Part shown: piece after piece, positions 39,231 to 52,700 of the stretch
How positions within the stretch are numbered: position 1 is the stretch's first letter
Layout: every line of letters begins with the position of its first letter
Translations under genes and position numbers: made by a program
The notes under the pieces: model-generated
Seen by the model: the letters and a program-made list of their open reading frames with translations, nothing else
The model's database searches: none
Told to the model about the DNA's origin: nothing
Origin: Hemiscyllium ocellatum
Lineage: Eukaryota
Length of the DNA stretch: 64,000 nt
Assembly: GCF_020745735.1 (NCBI RefSeq)
Contig: NC_083417.1
Span: 72,664,001 to 72,728,000, forward strand
Direction of reading: 5' to 3'

Positions 39231-40289
39231 CCACAGGTGAATCTTTACTTTATGCACATTCAGAACAAAATAAGTGTAAGGTTCCAAAAAAAAATTTAGA
39301 AATGAGACCAGAAATAGATAAAATAGAAAATATTGTGCCAGAGTACTGTCCGAATGAAACGCTAGTTTTATACAGCAGCCTTTTCTTCAGGGTCATACCT
39401 ACTGCACATACCTTCTGTGACAAAAGAAGGTCGGGTTCTTTTTCCATAAAATAAAATAAATGGATCTCAGATGGGGAAATACAAACTACTGAGTCATTCT
39501 TTTTATCTAACAACAAAAACTATTGTACTTGAAGTAGAATCGATTTTCAGATTAGTTGCATGTTAATCTTAGAATTTGTCTTAGTCGAAAGTCACAGCTG
39601 CAAGTTTTACGAAAATCAGTCACGAAAAATCTCATTTATTCATAGGAAAATTTGAAGCAACAAACGAAAAATCTGATTTGAGCTTTTTAAAAAGCTTGCA
39701 TATTTTTAAATTATTTCACACACCTACATTTCATTTTTTTGACCAGGTGAAAGGTGTTTTTTTTGTCTATACACCCACATTTTGTCATTTGGTGCTAAAA
39801 TGTTGTTACTTGTTCTCAATTTACATTTCCGCGGATTAGTTTGTTTTAATTTTCTGTTTTGCAATATTCTTCCCTGTCCGGGTTGCGCTAACAAAAATAA
39901 TAACTTCAGTTAATGTTTACAGGTTTTGGATTTAATCTCAAATCGGGTAATGCCTTTAGGATATGTGTACACATTATGCATACTGTATATCGATGGACTA
40001 GCAATTCCAAGTTACATTTGAAGTTTTACACAAAAGTAAGGAAAAGAACTATCCTTGGATTTCTGGTTTGTATTTTTAAAGAAAGCGTACAAAGTGCCCC
40101 TGGATCAGTGCATTGGTACAGTATAAAAGGAGACCATTGATGCCATTGTCTGGACTGACTTTCGGAATGAACAACTCGCTTAGTGCAGTTCTTCCACTTC
40201 CATTAACATCACACATCTGTTTCACAACTTTCACTTTTTAGCTATTTTGCTCATAATGCAGATATTCTTTTTTGTGCGATCATTGGCGA

Positions 40290-42190
40290 ACATCCCCATT
40301 TCTGACGTTATGACAGAGGGAAGGTCATTGATGGAGCAGCTGTAGATTGTTGGGCCTTGGACACTACCCTAGGGTCTCCTGCAGAGATGTCCTGAAGCTG
40401 AGATGACTGACCATCCACAATAATAACCATCTTCCTTTGTGCCAGGTATGATTTTAACCAATGGAGCATTTGCCCCCAATACCATTGATTCCAGTTTGGC
40501 TAAGGCTCCTTGATGACATAATTGATCAAATGCAGCCTTGATATCAAGGGGTGTCACTCTCACTTCACCTCTGGCTGTAATGAGATCAGGAGCAGAGTGA
40601 CCCTGGTGAAACCCAAACTGGGTATTACTGAGTAGGTTGTTGCTGAGTAGGTGTTGCTTGATAGCATTGTTGATGACCCCTTCTATCACTTAAATGCTGA
40701 TGGAGAATAGACTAATTGGGCAGCAATTGGCCAGGTTGGATTTGTCCTGCTTTTTGTGTACAGGACATACGTGGCAATTTTCCACATTGTCGGGTAGATG
40801 CCAGTGTTGTAACTGTACTGGAAGAGCTTGGCGAGGGGAGTGACATATCTTCAGTTTTGTTGCTGAATGTTATCAGGGCCCTTCGCCTTTGCATTATCCA
40901 GTACCTCCATCTGTTTCTTGATGTCACATTGAGTGAATCGAATTGGCTGGAGATTGATATCTGAGATGCTGGGGACCACTGGACGAGTCTGAGATGGATC
41001 ATCCACTTTGCATTTCTGACTGAAGATTGTTGTGAATGTGTCAGCCTTATCTTTTGCACTGATCTGCTGAGCGCCTTCATCATTGACGATGGGGATATTG
41101 TGAAGACTCCTCCTGCGGTGAGTTGTTTAATTGTCCACCACTATTCATCCACCACATCCACCACATCCACCACTGGATGTCGAAGGACTGCAGAGCTTAG
41201 ATTTGATCTGTTGATTATGGGCTTGTTTAGCTCTGTCTATCACATGCTTTTTTTGTCGTTTGGCATGCAACTAGTCCAGTTTGGCAACTGCACTAGTTTT
41301 ACACCTCATTTTCAGGTCTGCCTGATGCTGCTCCTGGCATGCCCTACTGCACACTCTATTGAACCAGGGTTGATCGCCTAGCTTGATGGTAATGGTTGAG
41401 TGAGGCATATGCCAGGCCATGAGGTTGCAGACTGTGCTGGAGTACAATTCTGCTGCTGTTGATGACTCACAGTGCCTCATGGATGCCCAGTCTCGAGCTA
41501 CTAGATTGGTTCAGAGTCTGTCCCATTTAGCACGGTGATAGTGTCACGCATAATGATGGAGATTTTTCTCAATGTGAAGGTGGAACTTCATCTCCACAAG
41601 GACAGTACTATGGTCAATTTTACCTAAATTGTCATGGACAGATACTTCAGAGCTGGCAGGTTAGTAAGGATGAGGACAAGTGTGTTTGTTTTTTCCTCTT
41701 GTTGGTTCCTTCCCTAATGCTGCAGAACTAGTCTGGCCATTATATCCTTTACAGCCCGACCAGCTTGATCAGTAATGCTGCTGCCAAGCCACACTTGGTG
41801 GTGGACATTGACTTCCCCACCCAAAGTACATTTTGCGCACTTGCCACCCTCAGTACTTCCTCCAAGTGTTGTTCAACATGGAGGAGTATTGATTCATCAG
41901 CCAAAGGAGGACGTGGTAACCAGTAAAAGCTTTCCTTGCCCATGTGGAACCTGAAGCCATGAAACTGAATAGGGACCTGAATCAATGATTCCCAGGGCAA
42001 CTCCGTAACAATAGTAAGCCAACCTCTGCTGGGACTGGAAGACAGGATATAATGAAAATGATGGTGTATCATCTGCAGCGTATGATTCCATGAGTATGAC
42101 TACGTCAGACTCTTGGTTGACTAGTCTGTGAGACAGATCTCCCAATTTCAGCACAAGCTCCCAGATATTGGTATGGAGTACTTTGCAATA
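40290..42190 (-). mobile_element. Decayed non-LTR retrotransposon (CR1/L2-clade-like, a different subfamily)
   Basis: QFGFHQGHSAPDL, LDIKAAFD and upstream endonuclease-like remnants. Confidence 0.75.
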
Positions 42191-43189
42191 AGCCTTAATG
42201 ATTATTTATTTTAAAACAGGTCATAAAATTTGCAATTTTACTAAAGTTATCACAAATTCATAGGTTTGTGTTGTGGTTCTGTTCGCCGAGCTGGGAATTT
42301 GTGTTGCAGACGTTTTGTCCCCTGTCTAGGTGACATCCTCAGTGCTTGGGAGCCTCCTGTGAAGCACTTCTGTGATGTTTCCTCCGGCAACAAACCACTG
42401 CTGGTGTTTCATAGGACAAAAAATGTGTAAAAGATCATACTGTCATACACCTGATGCGATGCTTGTATTTTTGCTGTTGTCTTTTCCCCGGTTCCAAGGT
42501 CGGTGGTCCGTCTGGTTTCATTTCTTTGTTGTGACTTTCCAGTGATTGATACAACTTGCTATGTCATTTCAGAGGGCAGCTGGGAGTCAATCACATTGCT
42601 GTGGCCCTGGAGTCACATGTAGACTAGACCAGGTATTGATGGCAAATTTCCTTCCCTAATTAGTGAACCAGAAGGATTTTTTCCTGACAATTGACAACTT
42701 CTTTCAAGTTACAGCCCCAAGATAACTTAAAATTTTATGAAACAAAAGTGACGTCTCAGGTCTGACACTCTCAGCCCTTTGAACAGGGCCCTAGTGCAGC
42801 TTCCCTTGTGTCTTTTGAGTGGTCACTGTTGTAGTTCAAGATCTGGTACCTATGTGTGGCTTGTTCTTAAACCTTTATTGTGCATTCACTCTTCTGTGCT
42901 CTTTCTACACACACATCCAGAAATGGGAATTGGTTGTTGGTTTTCTCTTCTCTCATAAATTTGATCCCCGAGAGCGTGGTGTTGACAATCCAGTGTGTGT
43001 TCTCTGATAAAAGCAAATTACTGCGGATGCTGGAATCTGAAACCAAAAGAGCAAACGCTGGAAAATCTCAGCAGGTCTGGCAGCATCTGTAAGGAGAGAA
43101 AGAGCTGACGTTTCGAGTCTAACTGACCCTTTGTGAAAGCTTTTCCAGCATTTTCTCTTTTGATGTGTTCTCTGATCTCTGTTCTTTTA

Positions 43190-43365
43190 ATTATTACAAA
43201 AGTGTCATCATGTATCTGATCCATCTCAAGGCTCATAGTAGAAGCAATGATGCAAAGACTGTAACAAACAGCCCTCCCACAAATCCAACTCAAACTCTGG
43301 ATCAGATAGGTGGATGACACTTCTGCAATAGTTAAGAAAACAGAGACCACAGCAGTTTTGCCTTT
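43190..43365 (+). mobile_element. Penelope-like RT fragment
   Basis: ALPQIQLKLWIR*VDDTSAIVKK resembles the PLE W.RYVDD motif. Confidence 0.6.
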
Positions 43366-43849
43366 TGTGAACAGGAGGGCGTATCTTCCCCAAACATAAA
43401 ACCTCCAATATTTCCTCTTCCAGATAGAACGTGCGTGACCCATTGTAGAATTAGTTGTTTTTATTTACATCAGCATAAAGCCACGGGAGTGCCAGTGAAT
43501 TATATCCAATTATTAAACGCCCCCCCCCCCACCCCCCCGCATCTCCCGTCCCCACGACACGATTCATAATAACCCTCACCCGCACAAAATCAGGTGGTTA
43601 CGGTCTTATCACAGCTTGTTTCGCTATTCCCTTATATACAAGAGTACCAATACAGTCTCAATTACAATGGCACAATTTATACTTTCTCTCATGAATTTTT
43701 AATGCATTCATAGCCAGTCCCGTCTAATGTCATTTACAAATTGTCACTCTTCGTCATCAGTTGCAATGGATTGCATATATTATCAACTTATAATTAAAAG
43801 GAAAGTGTGCAAGAATGTTGAAAATATATACCTGGTCGGAAGGGTCGAG

Positions 43850-44915
43850 AACATAGAACAATTCAGCACATACAAGCCCTTCGGCCCTTGATGTTGCGCT
43901 GACCTTTTATCCTACTCTAAGATCAGACTAATCTACATATCCTTCATTTTACTATCATCCATGTGCCAATCCAAGAGTAGCTTAAATGTCCCTAATGTCT
44001 TTGACTCTACTACCACCGCTGGCAGTGCATTCCACGCACCCACCACTCTCTGTAAAGAACCTACCTCGGACATGTCCCATAAACCTTCCCCCAGTCACCT
44101 TAAAATTATGGTCACTTTTGGTAGCCATTTCTGCCCTGGGGAAAAAGTCTCTGATTATTCACTCTATCTCTGCCTCTCATTATCTTGCACACTTCAATCA
44201 AGTCACCTGTCATTTTTCTTTGTTCAAATGAGAAAAGCCCTAGCTCCCTTAACCTTTCTTCACTGCTGCGTATAGGCCAGGCAGCATCCTGGTAAAATGC
44301 CTCTGCACCCTTTCAAAAGCTTCCACATCCTTCCTATGATGAGATGACCAGAACTTAATACAATATTCCAAGTGTGGTCTAACCAGGGCTCCATAGAACA
44401 GCAGCATAACCTCATGGCTCTTAAACTCAATCCCCCTGCAAACGAAAGAATCTTAATGACCCTATCAACTTGCAGGCAACTTTGAGAGATCTATGGACAT
44501 GAATCCCAAGATTCCTCTGTTCCTACACACTGCCAAGAGTCCTGCTTTTAATTCTATATTTTGTATTCAAATTCAACATTCCAAAATGAATCACTTCACA
44601 CTTTTCCAGGTTGAACTCCGTCTGCCACTAAGCAGCCCAGTTCTGCATCTTGCCAATTTTCTGTTGCAACCTAGTATAGCCCCCTCACACTATCCATAAC
44701 TCCGCCAACGTTTGTGTCATCAGCAAACTTATTAACCCACCCTTCCACTTCCTCATCCAAGTCCTTTATAAAAATCACAAACAGCAGAGGTCCTAGAACA
44801 GATCCCTGTGGAACACCACTAGTCACTGAGCTCCAGGCTGAATACTTTCCATCTATTACCAGACTCTGTCTTCTATTGACCAGTCAATTCTGTATCCAGA
44901 CAGTCAGATTTCCCA
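43850..44915 (-). mobile_element. CR1-type LINE fragment
   Basis: Reverse-strand RT and 3-prime tail homologous to 2745-3770. Confidence 0.88.
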
Positions 44916-45978
44916 AAAGAGGTCTGGGGTGAGAGAAGCAGTGGCACTTAGTACACTGCGATCAGAACTGAGAGGGACTTAGAGATACAATATGATTTCA
45001 AGCAAATATCAAGAGAGGAAAAGTGGGGCGTGGATTGGGAGGTGCTATAGGGAGACATGGACTAAGATGTGGAGAATGGTATTGGGCATCGATGGAGAAC
45101 AGGAGTGAAACATTGGCTAATCATGTTTTATGTGAAAAGCTAAGGTGAAATATTAAAGTGATTATTTAGTGGAAAAGTGGGGCTAAATGGCATAAGAAAA
45201 CAAACCTTAATAGGAATTCAAAAATATTATGCCTTCATTCCAACAGACTATAGCTAAGCTTGTAAATGTATCTGTACTTACAAAACGTGGACTTACAATA
45301 AATCAGCATCATGTGCCAGCAGGGGCGAACGTGTTGACAAACTGCTGATTTCAGATTGAATCAGAGGTGAACACATTTTTGAGGACATGATATTTTTCCA
45401 ACTCAATGAAATTACCAAAAGCAGCTCATAAGTTCTCAGACCATAAGATAACAGCTAGAGTAGCATGGGGGACAACATTGTGACTTTCCGGCTTCAAATA
45501 ATTTGGACAACTAAAATGGTTAATAAAGCTGGTCGACTTCCTCGAGTATTATGACACGTCGATCTGCTATTTACATTAATATTGCTAAGCATTTCATTAG
45601 AGCTGAAAATGTGTTGCTGGAAAAGCACAGCAGGTCAGACAGCACCAAGGAACAAGAGATTTGACGTTTCGGGCATAAGCCCTTCTTCAGGAATGAAGGA
45701 ATAAGCCCTTCTTAAGCATTTCATTAGCCATGGAAATTAAACCAATGGACATAGAATGTGGCATTCAACACCTTTCATTCTCAAATCTTTTATTGCATCA
45801 AATGCAGCTTCAATCATACAGTTGAACATGTTGAAAATGACACATTTTACAGAGCGGGGCATTGGTGATGATACAAAACAACTTTTTAAATGGTTTGGAG
45901 GTGTTGGTCTTGGACTGGTGTGCACACCGTTAAAAATCACACAACACCAGGTTACAGTCCAACTGGTTTATTTGGAAG

Positions 45979-46013
45979 CACTAGCTTTCGGAGCGCTGCT
46001 CCTTCATCAGGTG
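45979..46013 (-). ncRNA. Minimal hammerhead ribozyme motif
   Basis: CAC CUGAUGA A GGAGC-AGC-GCUCC GAAAG CUA GUG; stem I CAC/GUG, palindromic AGCU stem III. Confidence 0.68.
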
Positions 46014-46290
46014 GTTGTGGAGTATAAGATCATAAGACATAGAATTTAGAGCAAAGGTTTCAGTGTGATGCCATTGTAATTATATGTTGAAAATCAGTTG
46101 AATTATTTGTGAAGTCTCTCATCTTTGAGAATGACCATGTTGATTTCAGTTCTTTCATATGTAAATCCCAGAACTTTTTTTTAAAAAGTTACATTTTCAA
46201 CTGAACTTTAACAAGAGATGCCATGTTAGATTGAAGGTGTAAAGTTAAAGTCTGTCTGTCTGTGTCCCAATGCTCAGACGGATTAAATAG

Positions 46291-47371
46291 TTAACTGGTT
46301 AATCTGTACAAAATTCATATGCAGAACTTTATAAGTAGGTTTCCAAAGAAATAATCAAAAGCTAGACCAGTAAAATATTTTACATCGAACATTGTGCAAG
46401 AAAAATAACTGAATGAAATGCCAACTCACATCTCAAATAAGTTGGCAGAGCTTTAATTCCATAAAATATAAAAATTGGTTTTTCAGATGAACCACAAACT
46501 AATGAGTGTCTCCTTTGAACCAAACAATACAGACCACCATACTGTAATTCGAATCTACTTTCAATTGTAATTCTTCAAACACAGCAATGCACACAATCTT
46601 ACATGTATTCATGCAGTTTTTGAGCAAAATACGATTAATTCTGCAAGTACAAATTCACCCCACAAACTTCTATGTATGTGCTTGCATGTAGGTGTGCGTT
46701 TGTGGGGGCTGTGACTGTTTGTGAGACAGTGTGTCTGTGCGTGTGCTGCGTGATTTTTAACTTTTAACTGTTAGTTTAAGAAGCTCAGTTCAAACAGATA
46801 AGCTAAGACTGCAACAAAATTGCTTTATGGTGGAAAAAGTGATCATAGGAATGAAATCACTTTGAAAGCAACAACTTTACTTTATATTAGTTGACACTTT
46901 TAGAACCTATTGTTTGCTTTCAAAAGATCACAATTCAAGCAACGACATGATCTAAATACATGAAAATTACATTTGAGGACTGTCATCACTATGATGAATG
47001 TAACCGTAAAGATGATGTTCACCATTTTCGACATGCAAAGGAAGATGAAAAATAAAACTGATCAAATGATTAATCTGTAGTAAATTCATGTGCAGAGCTA
47101 TATAAGTGTAAGTTTCCAAAGAAATAATAAAAAGAAATTAGGCAATAAAATATTTTATATAGTACATTGTGCAAGAAAAATAACTAAATTAAATGCCAAT
47201 TCACATTTGCAAATAAGATGACAGAGCTTTAATTTCATAAAATATAAAAATTGTTCTTTTCAGGTGAACCACAAACTAATGAGTGTCTCCTTTGATCCAA
47301 ACAATATAGATCACTATACTTTAAGCAGAATCTGCTTTCAGTTGTAATTGTTCAAACACAGCAATGCACAC
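46291..47371. repeat. Local direct repeat of ~300 bp (46291-46593 / 47072-47371), with a diverged third copy near 39250-39560
   Basis: Shared tgaaccacaaactaatgagtgtctcctttga...caaacacagcaatgcacaca. Confidence 0.88.
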
Positions 47372-48049
47372 AGGAAATTGCACTCACAACTTTATGGAAA
47401 TCAATACCAAATGAAAGCACATACAGTTACAGCAAGATTTGAAACAACAAAAGGTAAGTTTGATGTACATTGTTTAAATTGGTTTTAAATGTTTTATTAC
47501 TTCACATTGCTACATTCTTTTTTCTGACTGACGTTGACAAATGCATAAATCCATTTCTTTCACTGTTTTGTGTTGCTGCACTGTCATAGGTTCTCAACTT
47601 TTGTTTCCGCAGATCAACTTGTTCTGTTTTTCCACATGTGCATTATTACTTCCTGCACAGATTGTATAAGCAAAAATAATTAAAGCTCACAAGTTTTGGA
47701 TTTAATTATAAATCAGTCAATGTATAACAACTTTCAATGCTGTACTGATGAATATTACATATTGATGAAATTAGCTTCTCATTTTATGTTCGAAGTTGTG
47801 CAAACAAGGAAAGTAAAATAATTGCCCTTGGATTTCTGGCTTAATTATTTCAGGAAAGCACACAGAGAACACCAGGATTAATGAATTTCAATATGTAAAA
47901 GGAGACCCTTAATGCCTTTGGTAGCACTTACTTTTGGAACGACCAAGTCACTCAGTGCAAATCTACCACTATCTGCCAGTAACACCACATGGTCTTTTTT
48001 CACAACTTCTATTGTATTTAGCTGATTAGATCATTATGCAGATATTCTT

Positions 48050-49705
48050 TCTTTATCTGTCAGACGGATCAAAACAACATGTTGGAAGGTACAATGTTTG
48101 GAACCACCAAGGATCAGACGACGTTGAGGTATCAGGACAGGTAGATGAAGTGGTTAAGAAGGTATACGGGATACTTGTCAATATTAGCTATGCCATGGAG
48201 TTTAAGAACAGGGAAGCTGTGCTGAACGTATATTAAATAATGGTTTGGTCACAGCCAGAGTGTTATGAGCAGTTCTGGAATCCACATAATAGGAAAGATG
48301 AGCTAGCACTGGAGAAAGTGGAGAGGGACCGTATTATGATGCTGTAAGGTCTGGATAGTTTCAGCTATGAAGAGAAATTGGAAAGACTGTGATTGATTTC
48401 TTTCGAGCAGCATAGATTGAATGGGGAGATGTTAGTGATGGATAAAACTTCCCCTTGATGGAGTGGTCAATGACCATGTGGGCATAGATTTAACATAAAG
48501 GGCAGAATGTTTTTAGCAGATGTGAGGAGAATCTTTTTGCATATAAATAACACTTGAAGTGGTCAAATTTTCATGTCATCCTGCAAAGCCAACAGAAAAA
48601 AAATCAAATCTACCACTCTGATGAGGGCAGGGCAATATATGGAGTCTTGAAGGATCTCAGTAAGGCCTTTGATAAGGCTTCATATGGTCAGCTGCGACGG
48701 AAGATTGGATCACAGGGCAAGCTGACAAACTGAAAACAAAATTGGCCTGAGGGTAGGAAGCAGAGGGTGATAGTGGAAGGATGATTGTCGAACTAAAGGC
48801 CTGTGACTAGTGGAATGCATCAGGGTTGCTGCTGGGCCCACTACTGTTTGTGATCCCGATCAATGATTTGGATGAGAATGTACAAGGCATGATTGGAAAG
48901 TTTACTGATGACATGGTATCATGGTTACTGAGGAAAATTATCAGAAATTGCAGCAGGACCTTGATCAAATGGGGAAGTGGGGTTTAATCTACAAAGGTAT
49001 GAGGTCTTGCATTTTGGAGAGGCAAATCAAGATAGGAGTTTTATGGTGAATGGTAGGACTTAAGGAGTGTCGTGGGATGTTGAAGTTCAGATTCACAGTT
49101 CTCATGAAAGTGAAGTCAAGGGTAGTGAAGAATGCTTTTGGTACACTAGCTTTCATCAGTCAGGGCATTGGGTAAAGAGGTTGGGAAGTTATGTTGCAGT
49201 TTTACAGGATGTTGTTGAGGCTGAATTTGGAGTATTGTGTTCAGTTTTGGTCACCTTGTTATGGGAAGGATGTTATTAAACTGGAACAAGTGCAGAAGAA
49301 ATTTACAAGGATGTTGTCTGGACTCAATGGCCTGAGATATAGGGAGAGGTTGGACAAGCTCGAGCAGGAGACTGAGCGGGGACCTTAAAGAGATGAGAGG
49401 CATGTATAGGCTGAATACATTCAGTCTTTTTTTCCAGGGATGAAGAATCAAGGACTAGAGGGTGTCCATTTAAGATTACAGGGGAAACAATAAAAGGGAA
49501 TCTGAGGGGCAACCATTTTACACAGAGAGTGGTATGTTTATAGATTGAGCTGCCAGTGGAAGTGGTTGAAGTGGATACATTAACAACATTTAAAAGGCAT
49601 TTGGTCAAAAAATGGATAGGAAAGGCTTAGAAGGATATTGGCCAAATGCAGGGAAATGGGGTCAGTATGGACCAGTTTGGGCCAAAGAACTGTTATAGGA
49701 CTCTA
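48050..49705 (+). mobile_element. CR1-type LINE fragments directly downstream of the intact gene
   Basis: LEYCVQFWSPCYGKDVIKLE and RT remnants. Confidence 0.85.
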
Positions 49706-49727
49706 CGGTTCTATGATTCAACAAAAT

Positions 49728-49738
49728 CTACTGGCAAC
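49728..49738 (-). CDS. Candidate terminal coding exon (G-C-Q-stop)
   Basis: Strong polypyrimidine acceptor tacatttttttctctcag ~280 nt below the TM donor; phase-compatible, but alternatives exist (acceptor near 49787 giving EHLTLKYF*). Confidence 0.4.
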
Positions 49739-52700
49739 CTGAGAGAAAAAAATGTAAAGTCAGAAGTATTTCAGAGTAAGATGTTCTGGAGGCAAATGAA
49801 TGAAATGAATAAACCAGATTGGCTGCTGTAAAAATCTTGCATCTTTGCTCAGCATTGGATATGTTGAAATTTGCAAAACATCCATTTTAATTTACATTTT
49901 GCTAGATATTCTGCTCTGCATCCTCAATATCTCTGTCAATCCAATATTCACAGTATACCAAAGGTGGGTTAGTAAGTTTAGATGAAAAGCAGAAAATGAT
50001 GGTCTGTTAGCATTACCTTTCACTTTAAGATGTTTGACATAATCAGCAATGATAAGTGTCAGAGCGAGAATCATGAAGAAACCTAATATAAATTGAGGAA
50101 TCAAAGGAATGTTGAACCTGTGGACTAAAATATAGGATTTAGAGTAGTCATTGAATTATTATAGATAGCATGCCCAACTAAAATTCTATGAAACAAAAAA
50201 ATTCAATATTCAATAAACACTTGAAATAAATTGATCCATAATTTCAGAATCACTCCCTGAAAAGTGACAAGCATCATGAATATGAGCCTGGAGTCCATAG
50301 CTAAACAATTGTTCTGTAGATTGTACTCCTTACTTTAAACTGAAAAAAAACTTACAAAATCTAAGGCTGTTTCATAACATACAATTCTGCATGAACACAA
50401 CAAATTCTTGAAGGAAATTGATCTATTCTCAACTGAGCTAAGTGAAATATAATTGGAGAGCAAAGTGCAATAAATCATTAATTCAATCTCTTGCAAAAGA
50501 ACAACGTGCCATTGGGCAGCATTGTGGCTCAGTAATTAGCACTGCTACCTCATAGCGGCAGGGACGTGAGTTCAATGCCCATCTTGGGCAACTGTCTGTG
50601 TGGGCTTCCTCCCACAGAACAAAGATGTGCAGGTGAGGTGAATTGGCTACGCTAAATTGCACGTAGTGTTAGGTCGATTAGTTAGGGGGGTAGTGGAGGG
50701 TTAGTGTGGACTTGTTGGGCTGAAGGGTCTGTTTCCACATGGTAGGTAATCTAATCTTGTCCTGATTTGAAGTTTACCTCTTACATTGCTAATATGATAA
50801 ATCTCCAGATTAATTTGAACAACACAGTTGCAGAACAATTAATTTTATATGTGAAATATTTTGAAAGTGTCATAATCTACATAGAATTTGTGGAGTTAGC
50901 AGATCTTAAAGTCACCTGCACAATCAATTCATCCATGACAAAACAGTGTTCATGAAGGGATTTTAATAATTAATTGATTTCATCTGAATACATTAGATTG
51001 GAGATTTAAAAAATGTTTCTTTCTTTAGGGTAGAGGGCAATTAGTTCAGATAAAATGATTTTTTTAAAAAAAGCATCAAAATTTTATGTTAATTAACAAC
51101 AAGCAAAAAAGTAGGAGCATTATGTGCATTACCATGAATACAATAAAGTTGAAGGTAAAATTATAGTGAAATTATAGTTGTGGTATGTAAGGAGTATTTT
51201 TAATCATGGTATGATGACCATCCTTTTGCATTGGAGGGTAATAATCAAATGCCAACATTGAATTGTATTTTCAAGGTGTAAAGATACTTTTCAGAAATGC
51301 AAATACCAAAAAAGAGACTTGCCCATGGATTTTTGTATGTACGTAAAATGACAATAAATGTATAATTAAGAAAATACATGGTTATAATTGTTGCCAAAGA
51401 TGAATGGTTAAAGTAAATCTTCATAGTTAGAAGTAAGGAGAAAGTGAGGACTGCAGATGCTGCAGATCAGAGCTGAAAAATGTGTTGCTGCAAAAGCGCA
51501 ACAGGTCAGGCAGCATCCAAGGAGCAGGAGAATAGACGTTTCGGGCATGAGTCCTTCTTCAGGTTAGAAGTAAGCTAAAACATAGATTAAAAAGCATAAG
51601 TAAGCTACTATAGTAAGAAACCTCTCGCAAAATCTACAATTCAGAGAATTCGGGAGTATGTGAAAAAGGAAGTCTTGATTGAGAAGCAACTATAAATGTT
51701 TCCGTAAAGATGTTTTTAAAGTCATAGATCCATGGGCAGTTAGATAATGAATGATTTTCTGACTGTATTTTTGATGCAGACATACATGCTGCACTGGACC
51801 CCATAGTTTTCACTAGACATTCAGAAATTTCCAACGATAAAAAAAACCGAAAAATCATAATCTGTTGCGAGCTAGTTTCATCTTACACAATATTACCTAC
51901 ACCATTTGCTCCAAGCCTACCTTTCTTATGCAGATCGGAAATGTGTAATTGCAAGGATTTAAAAAATGTTGACATACGGTTGAATGTTTTAAAATGACGG
52001 GAAGCCATGGACAGCTTTGAAAGGAGGCGCTTGCCATTCAATAACGTTTGTTAGCACCCTGTAAAAATAAATCATAAATAAAGGCTCACCTTTCCGATTT
52101 GAGACAAAGAAGGTGCTGCGGACTGGAATCGGAAGCGTGCGGTGAGTGACCTGACAGGTAACATTGTGGGTTGCACGGGTGACTTCCATGCAGCTGGTAA
52201 GTTCATAAAGTCCTTTGGAATTCAAGTGCTTCAGAGCCATTATCCCGTTGGTAACATGAACGCCATCCTTGTACCAAGTTAGATTAATACTGTCTGGGTA
52301 AAAAGCAGCCGTTTTGCACAAGACAATCAAAGTTCCGGGAACACTGTTCTCAGGTGATTTGGAGATAATTTTCAATGGAATTGGAGGAACTGCAAAATAA
52401 AAACCGCAAAAGAAAATAACATCAGAAGCAGCCATCTGGCAATGTCCAGACGTTTTTTTTTCACAGTGAAACACTGTAAAGACTGGGCGCTGGTAATTCA
52501 GTTGCACAGGCGATGGCTCTCCCTGATAATCTGCATCGGGGTTGGCTTTAAATTAAGCGTAAATTTGGACAAAACCCCTCACAGAATAACTGAGAAAAAA
52601 TGACAAAGTCAGCGACCGTGCATCTCTTGAAAGCAATTGGGTTACCGCGGAAAATAACAGTCTCGAGTCTAAGCCACGAAATATTTACTTGCGTATTTAT

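Larger units (their letters stand above)
37400..48060. repeat. Older duplicated non-TE block: ~37.4-38.0 kb + 39.25-40.29 kb vs ~43.38-43.83 kb + 47.07-48.06 kb
   Basis: Colinear anchors such as gattcataataatcctca/gattcataataaccctca, aaaggaaagtg...caagaatgttg, ccttggatttctgg, aaaaggagacc, tgcagatattcttt. Confidence 0.7.

Noticed and set aside
46490-47340. ITIM-like LQYGGL / LKYSDL / SNYSMV in minus-strand frames of the local repeat
   Set aside because: No acceptor shared by both copies in a phase compatible with the TM donor; conserved splice signals are on the other strand.
52462-52500. CACAGTG heptamer near the C1 exon as a possible RAG recombination signal
   Set aside because: No ACAAAAACC-like nonamer at 12 or 23 spacing, and it does not flank a V or J segment.
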